DNA of 64,000 nt from Thecamonas trahens ATCC 50062 (lineage: Eukaryota; Protista; Apusomonadida), in the NCBI RefSeq assembly GCF_000142905.1, contig NW_013657631.1, forward strand, positions 1-64,000, read 5' to 3'. Position 1 is the first letter of the stretch. Each line of letters opens with the position of its first letter. Shown in pieces: positions 20,176 through 30,600 of the stretch. Position numbers and translations under genes: made by a program. Under the pieces are notes generated by a model. That model had not been told where the DNA came from, ran no database searches, and saw only the letters and a program-made list of their open reading frames with translations.

Positions 20176-22281
20176 TCACTGGGCCAGCCGGGCCGGACCG
20201 GGGGCCGGCCGGCGATGGCTGCGGGGCCAGGTTGTGGAGCGGTCTTTACACATCGGCCAACAACGGGTTGTCGTACTTTTGTCGCGAGCGGCGTTGATGA
20301 TATCAAGGTGGTCTGGGTTGAGCGCATCGAGCATGAGGGCCGGGAGGCCCGCGTTGGGGTTGCGCGTCTTGGCCTCCATCCGCGCGAGCTGGGCCACGGC
20401 AGCTTCGGCGGCGGCCGACGATGCGCCCGACGCTGCTACGGTGGCCGCGAGCTCCGGGTCGCCTGACAAAACCTGCTTGGCGAGACTGGACTCGGTTATG
20501 GCGAGCCCCTCGCGGAGCGTGCCGGCCCAATCAACAATCGATTCGTCGATGGTGTCGCTCATGCCCTGAACCGCCGAGAGCCGCGCGTCGCGTGAGGTCG
20601 CCGGCGCAGTCCGCTGCGTCTCGAGCGAGACCGAGGTCGAGACGACCGACCGGATGACGCAGTCGAGGCTGCGCTCCTGCAAGACTGCGAGGCCGCGGAG
20701 CTGCTCGAGCACCGTCTCCATCTCGCTGAGGCGAACCTTTTCGTCCTGGGTGATGAGCCACGCCCGGCGGAGCTTGGGTGAGTCCTTGATGTTGGCCTTG
20801 ACCAGCGCGTCGCCGCGCGCGTTCCAGCTCTCCATCTTGCGCTGCAAGCTTGCAACCTCAGTTCGAGCCTTGCCGGCCCGAGTCTGGGCGCTGCAGGCCT
20901 CACTCACCGCCGCGTAAGCCTCGCGGAGAGCCCTGGTCACAGCCCCGGCCTCGTCGCGAAAGCCGTCGAGCGCCGCCGCGCGGCTTGCCGACGCCGCCTG
21001 CAGCTCGCATGCAAGCTGCTCCTCGTCCTCAAGCGCCTGCACCGCCGCACGCGCGGCCTTGGTCGCCTTGCCCGCGTCGCGACTCTTGCGTGACCGCTCA
21101 CCATGCGCGGCAACAACAGCGGCCTCGTTGGCGAGCGCCGTCTTGAGCGCCGCCTGCGCGTCGGCGAGCGCGCTCGCGCGGCTGCGCGCCGCATTGTCGG
21201 CAATGGCGGCAAGGAGCTCCGCCTGTCGGGCCCGGGCCGCGGCGAGGTCGGCATCAAGCGTCGGCGACGGCGCAGTCGAGACCAAGTCGAGCTGCTGCCG
21301 CTCGCCGCCGCCCTTCTCTCTCCCGCGCTTCCGCCCGGCGACGTTCCGCCCGCGCCGGGCCTCGCGCTCTGCGCGCTTGGCCTCGCGTGCCGCCGCCCAA
21401 GCCGCCGCCTCGGCCGCCGCTGCTGCTGCCGCCGCCGCCGCCGGATCCTCATCCTCCCCGTCCGACTCGGACTCGGTCGCCGGCCACACTCCCGCCGGAT
21501 CCGCTGCCGCCTCGGACGACTCGGTCTCGGTCTCGTCCTCAGTCGAGTCTGACGACGACGATGACTCCGCCGACTTGCTCTCGTCGGCCTCGTCGGCCTT
21601 GTCACGGTAGCTCTTGCTCAACAGCGACCCCGAGCGACGATGCGGCGAGCGCGAGCGCGACCGACGGATGACAACGCGGATGACGTCTGGCGAGCGGCGA
21701 CGGACAAACGGCCGCGCCTTTCCGCCACCGTAGAACGTGCCCTCTGCCCCGAGCTCGTCCAGCAGCTCCTCATCGAGCGCGGCATCGTACGAGTCTTCGT
21801 CCCAAAACTCATCCGAGTACTCTCCGCCGTAACCGTCTCGTCCACCACGCCCATGGTAGCCGTCGTAGCCGTCGTAGCCACCGTCGTAGCCACCGTCATA
21901 GCCACCGTCATAGCCATAACCATCATCATCGACATGACCATGATGCGGATGACGAGAATGACGATGGCGATCAGCAGCCGGACTCTGACGACTCTTCCTC
22001 GCCTCTGCCCGTGTCGACCTCAGCACTGCTGCCGACAACGGCAACGGCTTTGCCTCTGCATGACCTCCTGCCGCATTCCGTTCCTGCCACAATGACTTTG
22101 TCCGACCAACCACTCTATGCTTTTCCACCGCACCATTTCCGCCGCCTTGTCCACCACTGCCACCGCCGCCACCACCACCACCACCTCTGCCATCGCCTTC
22201 CCTGCCGGCACTGCCTTGCCTCACACCTCCTCGTCCACGAGGCCCACTACGGGCATTCCGTCCACGTCCTCCGCCTGCCAT
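20176..22281 (-). CDS. Low-complexity (RG/GYD/RS/acidic) N-terminus plus long coiled-coil protein, unknown function
   Basis: Long ORF with likely start MAGGGRG at 22281. The C-terminus may be frameshifted at the A4 run near 20277 (alternative end DKKYDNPLLADV*). Confidence 0.65.
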   Translation of the reverse strand: MAGGGRGRNARSGPRGRGGVRQGSAGREGDGRGGGGGGGGGSGGQGGGNGAVEKHRVVGRTKSLWQERNAAGGHAEAKPLPLSAAVLRSTRAEARKSRQSPAADRHRHSRHPHHGHVDDDGYGYDGGYDGGYDGGYDGYDGYHGRGGRDGYGGEYSDEFWDEDSYDAALDEELLDELGAEGTFYGGGKARPFVRRRSPDVIRVVIRRSRSRSPHRRSGSLLSKSYRDKADEADESKSAESSSSSDSTEDETETESSEAAADPAGVWPATESESDGEDEDPAAAAAAAAAAEAAAWAAAREAKRAEREARRGRNVAGRKRGREKGGGERQQLDLVSTAPSPTLDADLAAARARQAELLAAIADNAARSRASALADAQAALKTALANEAAVVAAHGERSRKSRDAGKATKAARAAVQALEDEEQLACELQAASASRAAALDGFRDEAGAVTRALREAYAAVSEACSAQTRAGKARTEVASLQRKMESWNARGDALVKANIKDSPKLRRAWLITQDEKVRLSEMETVLEQLRGLAVLQERSLDCVIRSVVSTSVSLETQRTAPATSRDARLSAVQGMSDTIDESIVDWAGTLREGLAITESSLAKQVLSGDPELAATVAASGASSAAAEAAVAQLARMEAKTRNPNAGLPALMLDALNPDHLDIINAARDKSTTTRCWPMCKDRSTTWPRSHRRPAPGPARLAQ

Positions 22282-22974
22282 GACCCAAGTCGAGTATAAG
22301 AGAGGAAGGGGAGGGTGAGAGGGTGAGAGGGGTGCGTGACGTGGTGCTGCCCGTACCCCTGCCCGTCTCCTCCCTTCCCTGCTCCGTCCCCGTGTCTGTC
22401 TCTGTCGGCCGTTCGTTGGTTCGTCGGCCGCCAACGGCAAAATGGTGAGATAATCAATGGTCTTGTTGAATTAATGGTTACCCCTCCCCCCTCGCTCTGC
22501 CCGCCCGCCCTCCCTTCAACCCTCAATTAATTAATGTTCATTAATCGTAAACCACCCCCCTCCCCACATCTCCCGCGAGAACAACCACCAAAAACGCCAG
22601 GGATGCCGCGATCGATCGCAGAACATACACTCATGGCAACATATCCCTGCCTCCCCCCCCTGGCCTCTCCCGACCTCCCCCCTGACCTCGCCCTCATCCC
22701 CCCCCTCCCCCCTCCCCCCCCCTTCCCCTCATCCCCTCATCCACAAGAAGAACCCAACCAGCCCAGCTCAAAGCAACATGACTAACCCTCTCACACAGCC
22801 ATCTAAGCCACAATTGCCCCACATCACCGCTCTTCCTCCCCCCCTCCAGGACACAGCCACTGACGGCTACAACCAGCACCACCACCACCCCACCCCACCC
22901 CACCCCACTCTCACTCACCCTACTCATCCCCCACTCCACTCTCTACACACCACGCTCTCTACACACGCTACACC

Positions 22975-22988
22975 ATGAAGCTCGTCAA
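22975..22988 (+). other. Possible 14-nt first exon (MKLV[K/N]) of a gene lying in the 23010-23702 gap, SmD1-like start
   Basis: ATGAAGCTCGTCAA followed by GTACGC, a donor like the other introns in this window. Confidence 0.3.
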
Positions 22989-23702
22989 GTACGCCCCCGC
23001 CCCCCCCCCNNNNNNNNNNNNNNNNNNNNNNNNNNNNNNNNNNNNNNNNNNNNNNNNNNNNNNNNNNNNNNNNNNNNNNNNNNNNNNNNNNNNNNNNNNN
23101 NNNNNNNNNNNNNNNNNNNNNNNNNNNNNNNNNNNNNNNNNNNNNNNNNNNNNNNNNNNNNNNNNNNNNNNNNNNNNNNNNNNNNNNNNNNNNNNNNNNN
23201 NNNNNNNNNNNNNNNNNNNNNNNNNNNNNNNNNNNNNNNNNNNNNNNNNNNNNNNNNNNNNNNNNNNNNNNNNNNNNNNNNNNNNNNNNNNNNNNNNNNN
23301 NNNNNNNNNNNNNNNNNNNNNNNNNNNNNNNNNNNNNNNNNNNNNNNNNNNNNNNNNNNNNNNNNNNNNNNNNNNNNNNNNNNNNNNNNNNNNNNNNNNN
23401 NNNNNNNNNNNNNNNNNNNNNNNNNNNNNNNNNNNNNNNNNNNNNNNNNNNNNNNNNNNNNNNNNNNNNNNNNNNNNNNNNNNNNNNNNNNNNNNNNNNN
23501 NNNNNNNNNNNNNNNNNNNNNNNNNNNNNNNNNNNNNNNNNNNNNNNNNNNNNNNNNNNNNNNNNNNNNNNNNNNNNNNNNNNNNNNNNNNNNNNNNNNN
23601 NNNNNNNNNNNNNNNNNNNNNNNNNNNNNNNNNNNNNNNNNNNNNNNNNNNNNNNNNNNNNNNNNNNNNNNNNNNNNNNNNNNNNNNNNNNNNNNNNNNN
23701 NN

Positions 23703-23733
<31 letters not shown>
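23703..23733. repeat. (AC)n(AT)n compound microsatellite at gap edge
   Basis: Direct reading. Confidence 0.9.
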
Positions 23734-23841
23734 CATTGTCATACACCCTCTCAAGGTGGTCAACTCCCCCCCCCCTTACCTTCACCTTGACCCCCCCCCC
23801 CCCCCGTCAACCCAACCCCCTTCATTCCACCGATATCTTTA

Positions 23842-26800
23842 ATGTTGCAACGTTGGCGTCGTAGTCATTGCCGTCGTCGGCTTGGACTGGTCAACCTCAC
23901 ACGCCTCGTTGGAATACTACTCATGCTCACATGGCTGCCAAGTACTTGCTCGACACCTGTTTTTACCGGATCATCTTCGCTCATTCATTACCTTCAGTTT
24001 ATGGGTCGAGCATCAGCTATGAGATCTGGTGTTGATACCAGTTGGTCGCCGTCACTCTCGCCTCTACATGGCACTGACGTGGTCTCGACGCTCCTCTCAC
24101 TCGACGCAACCTCATCATTACCTGGCATTGCTCTGCCTGATAACTTTGATCTTGTTGGCGCCCTGGAGGTTGAAGTCGGAAATGCTCCACAAATGCTCCA
24201 ATTACGATGTCCTGCGCCACTCGATGGCGCAGTTTGCACCGAGACCATCGTCGGCGTGCCGGTCACCGCCTCGGTCCTTGTTCCGGCTGCAAACTTGGCT
24301 GGCCTCGGTAACGCCATTACCCTCTCCCCGGAACTCCTCATTGCCATGTGGTCCGGCGAGGTCACCCGCTGGGACTCGCCGCTCATTGCCGCGCTCAACC
24401 CTGGCATCATCCTCCCGCGCGAGAGCATCATCGTCGTCGCCCCGCCTTCGGGTGTTGCTGATCGCGTCCTGGGCGAGATCGCCTACCGCCAAGCTGGTGG
24501 CGCTCTTTCCATCGCCAACGCCACCCTCGCTCCAACTCGCACCGCGCGACGCGGAGTCTCAGAAGTGGAGGCCGCAAAGACCGTCGCGAGCATCCCCTAC
24601 GCACTCACTTTTATCTCGTCCGAGGAGTTTTTCGGCGGCAAGCACGAGGGCGTCCTCGACGTCCCTCGCATTGCCACTCCGCGCGGCTCCGCAGTCTCTC
24701 TCTCCGAGGCTTCAGTCCGCATCGCCGTCGACACCGTCGGCGGGCCCACCATCTCGCCGCTCCTCTCCGCCGTCGACGACGGCTGGCCGCTCGTCTACTC
24801 AGAATGGGCTCTCTTTCCCTCCTCGCTCCGCGGCGTCTCGGAACGTCAGTGCGACGCTGTCTCGCTCGCCGTCATCAAGGTCGCAGACCTCGTCTCCAAC
24901 CTCTTCTACGCAGACCGCGCCTGGGACTACGGCCACGCCGTCTTTCCTGTCGAGGTCCGGCAGTCGGCCGTCGAAACGCTCGCCACCATCACGTGCAACG
25001 GCAACCCGGCGCTCCGTCGCGAGTTTATCGTCTCGGGCTCGGGCAGCTCCCTCGCCAGCACTCTCTACGGCAACGTCATGGCCCTCTACAATGCCCTTCT
25101 CGACACAAACATCCAGTACGTCGGCCTTGGCGTCGGTGCTGATGCCCTCCTCGATGGCTCGTCTGTCTTTGTCGGTGTCGACGCCCCTCTCGACCACAGG
25201 AGCAAGCTCGCCTCCAAGTCCATCAGTACCCTCGTCGTTCCGGCTTTTGCATCCTCCATCACCCTACCCTACACCATCCACTATCCGCCTGCCGCCCCGC
25301 CGCTCCCGGCACTCGTCCTCTCGCGCTCTGTCGTCGCAGACATTTTCCTCGCCCGTATCACCTCCTGGTCCGATCCGGCCATCGCCGCCCTCAACCCCGT
25401 CCTCGCTCCCTGGCTCCCAAACTCTACCATCTGCGTCTGCATCTACTCGCAGCCGAACGGAATGACCTCGGTCTTTACCGAAGCGCTCGCCGCCTTCTCG
25501 CCAGACTGGGCCTACCTCTACGGCTCCACGAGCTACATGCCGCCTGGCCAGTGGCCTGGCGAGACTGATGCGACCGCGTGCATCCTTCGTGCCGACGACG
25601 CCACCTCGGTTGCCCGTGCCATCGCAGGCTCAACATCAGCCATCGGGTTTGTCACCCGCTCCGTCGCTGCTGCCTCTCAACTCGACATGGTCTCACTCAT
25701 CAACCGCGCCGGCAACACCGTCCGCGCCGCCGCCGCCACCGTCGCCGCTGCTGCAGACGACTCGGCCAACGACGAGCCCGAAGTCCCGCACCTCCCGCTT
25801 GTCCACTCCATCGTCGACCGCCCCGCCGCAGACGCATGGCCCATCTCCACGTTTACCTACTTTGCCATCGACGGCGACGCGCCCGCAGACGGCCGCTGCG
25901 CTGAGCGCCGCGTCTTTGCCGAGTTCCTTGTCTGGATGCTCACCTCGCCCGACGCCTGGCGCCTCACCGCCTCACTCTCTTTCTCCCCCTCTCCAACACG
26001 ACTGCCTTTCCCGCCCTCGGCGCCCTCGGTGCAGCCCGCTGTGAAGGCAAGCCGCTCCTCGACGTCTGCTCGCCCACCGCCTACCCCGTCCTCGCCTCTT
26101 GCAACTCGCCCGCTGCTCCACCGCCGCCCGCCATCTCCACCATTGGCTACGTCCTCATCTTTGTCGCCCTCGCCGTCGTCGTCGTTCTCACCACTGCCGC
26201 TGTCTTACTCGTCCGCATGCGCAACCGACTCGTTGTCTCGCTCGACGTCGACGAAGACATCGTCGTCGCCATGGACGAAGTCGAAATCATCGGCTCTCTC
26301 GGCACCGGCTCGTTTGGCACCGTCTACACCGGCCGCTGGCGTGGCACCACCGTCGCCGTCAAGCACATGCATGGCCTTGACGACTCGTCCACCCTCCTCG
26401 TCGACTTTGTCTCGGAGGCATCCGTCCTCATGAAACTCCGCCACCCGAACATCGTCCTCTTTATGGGCATCATGCTCGATCCGGCCGCACTCGTCACCGA
26501 GTACGTCATCCATGGCTCGCTCTTCTCTGTCCTTCACGACTACGACTACAACCTCGAGACAAACTGCATCCTCTGGTGGGCCCACGCCATCGCCATCGGC
26601 CTCGACTTTCTCCACCAGTCCGGCATCATCCACCGTGACATGAAGTCGCTCAACGTCCTCCTCGACGCCGGCTGGGTCCCCAAAATCGCAGACTTTGGCC
26701 TCGCATCGGCAAAGAGCCACTCAGGCTCGTCGGCCTCGCGCAAGGCGCACCGCATCTTTGCCCGCAAGCTCAAGGACCTCCGCGCCGCCCGTCCCATCGC

Positions 26801-29230
26801 CACCACCGCCACTGCCTCGGGCACCATCGTCCGCTTCGACACCTCGTATGGTGCCAGCGGGGATCGCAGCGACCGCCTGAGTGGCATCCAGCTCGACACC
26901 GTGCCCTCGTCCGGCACACGCAACTCGTCCGGCACACACGGCTCCGCCGGCCGCTCCTCGGGCCACAACGCCGCCTCGGGCAGGTCCATCGACACAAACC
27001 TCGGCTCGCTCCTCTGGGCCGCGCCTGAAATCCTCAAAGACGGCGCTTCTGCCGCCTCACAAGCCTCAGACGTCTACTCCTTCGCTATCACAGCCTGGGA
27101 AATGCTCACCCGCTGCGAGCCGTACGCCGGGACAAACCCGGTCGCTGTCGCCATGGACGTCGCCCGCGGTGTCCTCCGTCCCGCCCTCTGCCTCGTTCCC
27201 GAGCACGCCTCCTCCATCGTTCCCATCATCGTCGCCGCCTGGCACCAGGACCCGCTCGAGCGCCCATCATTTGCAGAGCTTGCCACTCAACTCGCCGCAT
27301 GCTACGCCCGCCCCGCCGTTGTCCTCCCGTCCAAGACCACAGTTCCGCGCGGCCTCGTCATCGCCGCTCGCGTTTCCTGCACCCTCGCAAAGGCCAAGCT
27401 CCTCGAAGACCCAGACTCGGTCCGTGAGCTCCTTCTCGCCTTTCACACCGCGCTCGCCACAGCCGCTGGCCTCGCCACCGTCAAGATTGCAGAGTCGGGC
27501 GTCGCTGACGTCGTCCTCATCTGCCAGGTCGCCGCCCAGTTTGCCTGCTTTGCGCAGCGCTTCCTCTCGGACATGTCCGTCTACGGCGGCGTCTGTCTTG
27601 TCGCCGCCATGGGACGCCTCGACTTTCGCCCCACAACCGTCGACGAGACCTCGTCCCAACACTTTGTATTCAAGGGCGATGTCGTGCGCGAGCTCAACGC
27701 TCTCGCAAGCCTCCAGCCCGTCAAGCACGCCTCCACGGGCGTCTTTATTTCGCAAACCCTCGTGCCCGAGCTCCAAGGTGCCCTCGACGCCAACCCCAAC
27801 GCGCTCCTCCACCTCACAGAGGCCGACGCTGTCGCAGACTCGGACATCGAGCCCATCGGGGTTGCCACCCTCTCGCTCTCCACCAACTCGATGCATCGCT
27901 CGTCCTCAAACTCCGCTCTCGGCCTCTCGAGCGAGCTTGCCGCAGGCGTGTCTGCCTCCGCCTCGCGCCCCCGCGCCCGCCGCCGTACCGCAGGCCACAG
28001 ACTCACCATCGACTCGAGCTCCTCGCGCCGCCCCGCCGACGCCTCGTTTGACGGCCTCCGATCCTCACTCCCTGCCGTTCTCGACAAACCCGGCTTTGCC
28101 CGTGCACACTCGGCAGACCTCCCGCCGCCCCTCCTCGCCTCGTCAGTCGTCGGCCCCGATCGCCTCTTCCGCGCCGCGCAATCCGATGTCAACGCCCTCC
28201 CCAGTACCGTCCCGTCATCGTCGGCCTGGTTCGACATCTCCATCCCCACCTCGGAGTTTGCCGCCGTCTCGGCCTCGATCGAGGGCACATCCAACCTCAA
28301 CCCGGTCATCAACCGCGCCGCCTTTTCGCCCGAGCACTCGCCCCGCACCGCCCACACCTCAAGCGGCCGCATTGAGCTCTGCGCAGAGTCGACCACCTTT
28401 CTCCTCTCGGCCTACAGCATGAAGGCCATCGTCCAGTCCGGCAAGTTGGTCCATGTCTCCTCACACTCCAAGGCCTACGTCTCCACCTACCTGCACAAAC
28501 CCGTCCTCGTCAAGCTCCTCCTCGACCAGGACGTCAAGCCGACCTCGCTCGTCACCTTTGTCACCGCGCTCGCCAAGCTCCTGTGGATCGCCCGCCAGGC
28601 CGAGCGCGGCTCCGTCGTCCCGCCCATCGCCGCCTGCTCCTTTGCGCCCTACATCGGCGTCGTCATGCCCTACGCACCGCTCGGCTCGCTTGCGGACCTC
28701 GCCTCCCCAAAGCTGTCCGTCGAGCGCTCCGCCGTCTTCCTCCGCAATGCTTCCATCGCCCTCGCAGACGCCCTTGCAGGTCTCCATCAGCTCGGTGGCG
28801 TCCATGGCTCACTCAAGCCTGCGAACGTCCTTGTCGCACACCCGACAGGCTCAAATGTCGCCCTCGCAGATGCATGCATAGCCACCATCCGCTCCTCGCT
28901 CTCCACCATGACCCTCACCCCAACCATCGCCTACCAGTCGCCCGAAGAGCTCTCCGGCGAGCCGCCCACCGCCGCCTCGGATGTCTTTGCTTTGCTTCCA
29001 CCCTCTATCATCTCCTCGCAGGCACCGACGCATTTACAGGCGCCTCCGCCATCGAGCTCGCCTCGCACATCCGCACCGTCAACACCCCAGACCTCGCAGA
29101 CTTTCCCGCACGGCTCATCCGTATCTTCCACTCGTGTTGGAAGGCGCTCCCCGCCGACCGCACAGACATGACTCACATCGCCCGCGTTCTCTGGACCTCT
29201 GAAGTCGAAGAGTACCAGCAGTTTGTGTGA
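23842..29230 (+). CDS. Receptor kinase: signal peptide, two PstS-like periplasmic-binding domains, TM, TKL kinase, degenerate cyclase-like region, pseudokinase (frameshifts near 25988 and 28992)
   Basis: PBP motifs WDSPLIAALNP / WSDPAIAALNP, GSGSS, WPISTFTY. TM IGYVLIFVALAVVVVLTTAAVLLV. Kinase 1 has GTGSFG, VAVK, HRDMKSLN, DFG, APE. Kinase 2 has HGSLKPAN, LADAC, SPE. Adding one C and one T in homopolymers restores a single frame. Confidence 0.88.
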
Positions 29231-29942
29231 GGCAGTGGCCGCTAACCCTTGACGGTACACTCGTTCCGGCGTCTTATCGCCCGTCTCAAAGAGAACAGCA
29301 CAGTACATGACCCAAGCCCTCTCAACACTCCCCCGCTGCCGCCACTCGCCGGCCGATTGGCGTCGCATGGCCGCGCGCCCGTGATGCTACCCACCCCACA
29401 AGCGCCCATCTGCATGCCACGAGTTGCCATCGCAGTGACAAACCGAGACAAGCATGGCAACAATCCTGTGGAGCGGCAGGCGCGATGCTTGAAGCGCTTG
29501 TCGTTGACAACAGCAAGCGCCACTGGGTGTGCGGCCGCTTAACCCCACCACGAAACCCGCCTTTCCGCCTCACTTCCACCAAATGGCTCCAAGCGCCGAC
29601 CAAGCCGCAGAATGTGAGAAAAGCTACCACCTGCAAGGGGACTGCCTTACAATAACACATCATTCCCTCGCTCACTCCCCACCGCCCATTGCCTTTGAAC
29701 TGATACGATTGTCTTGCAGATCGTGGACACTGAGCATTGTGTGGCTCGGTACGTGAGTCGGCTGGCTGGTGTGCCCAGTGTCCCATCGACCACCAAAGTG
29801 TGACGTTTTGCAAACGGCACAAAGTTCGCATCACAACCAACAGCACAACCACACCGGTCACTGCCAACACTCATCTATCTCCCACATCACACCCATCACA
29901 GAAACACTGCGTACTTCTCCCTCCCCCTCTTCTTGTGATACC

Positions 29943-30581
29943 ATGACCGCCAGCAACACCCCACAGCCGTCAAAAAAGACCACAAAGGTTCACGACCCGC
30001 GCAAGTTTGCGCCGAAAATCCACTACAACGTCGGTGTGACTTTCTCGCTCGAGGCTGACGACAAGTCAGCTGTCATCATTCCTGCCGAGTGCAATCGAAT
30101 CCTGCTGCAGAGTACGAGCGATGACCCCTCGACTTCCATGGCCAACGCACGATCATCCGGTCCCATCAATCTCAGGCTGGTCTCCATCGACGACAAGGTC
30201 TGGTTCTCGCTCAACAACACTCTTCCTCACTACGTCGTCCTTCCGGGTGCCGCAGAGCCTCTGGCCGCCGTCATGAGCACCGAGGCGCAGCGGCACTCTC
30301 GAAAGGTGGCCCTTGTTGGCTTTGTGGATGACGACGAGATTGGCTATCTCCGCTCCATCACAGTCTGGATGAGCTTCGCAGACGCCGTCGTCATCACCGT
30401 TCGCAGACATCTTGCTACCAAGAACCCGAAAACAGGCCCGATCTCGACCGCCTCTGTCGCCATCGCCAACACGATCCTGTACACGACGGCTGCAGAAGAC
30501 GACCACATCGAGCTGCCTGGCGCATCCACTACTACCGCCACAACAGCAACTGCTGCTGCTACATCATCACCGCCGAAATAG
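29943..30581 (+). CDS. Hypothetical protein (~212 aa)
   Basis: ATG at 29943, coding-like codon usage, converges tightly on the BLTP1 stop. No motif recognised. Confidence 0.55.
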   Translation: MTASNTPQPSKKTTKVHDPRKFAPKIHYNVGVTFSLEADDKSAVIIPAECNRILLQSTSDDPSTSMANARSSGPINLRLVSIDDKVWFSLNNTLPHYVVLPGAAEPLAAVMSTEAQRHSRKVALVGFVDDDEIGYLRSITVWMSFADAVVITVRRHLATKNPKTGPISTASVAIANTILYTTAAEDDHIELPGASTTTATTATAAATSSPPK

Positions 30582-30600
30582 CACTCGAGCTTGATTTAAA

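Noticed and set aside
26000-26433. Separate secreted PBP protein and separate cytosolic kinase gene
   Set aside because: The alternative frame upstream of 26217 contains a linker and TM helix, and a single missing C joins the two.
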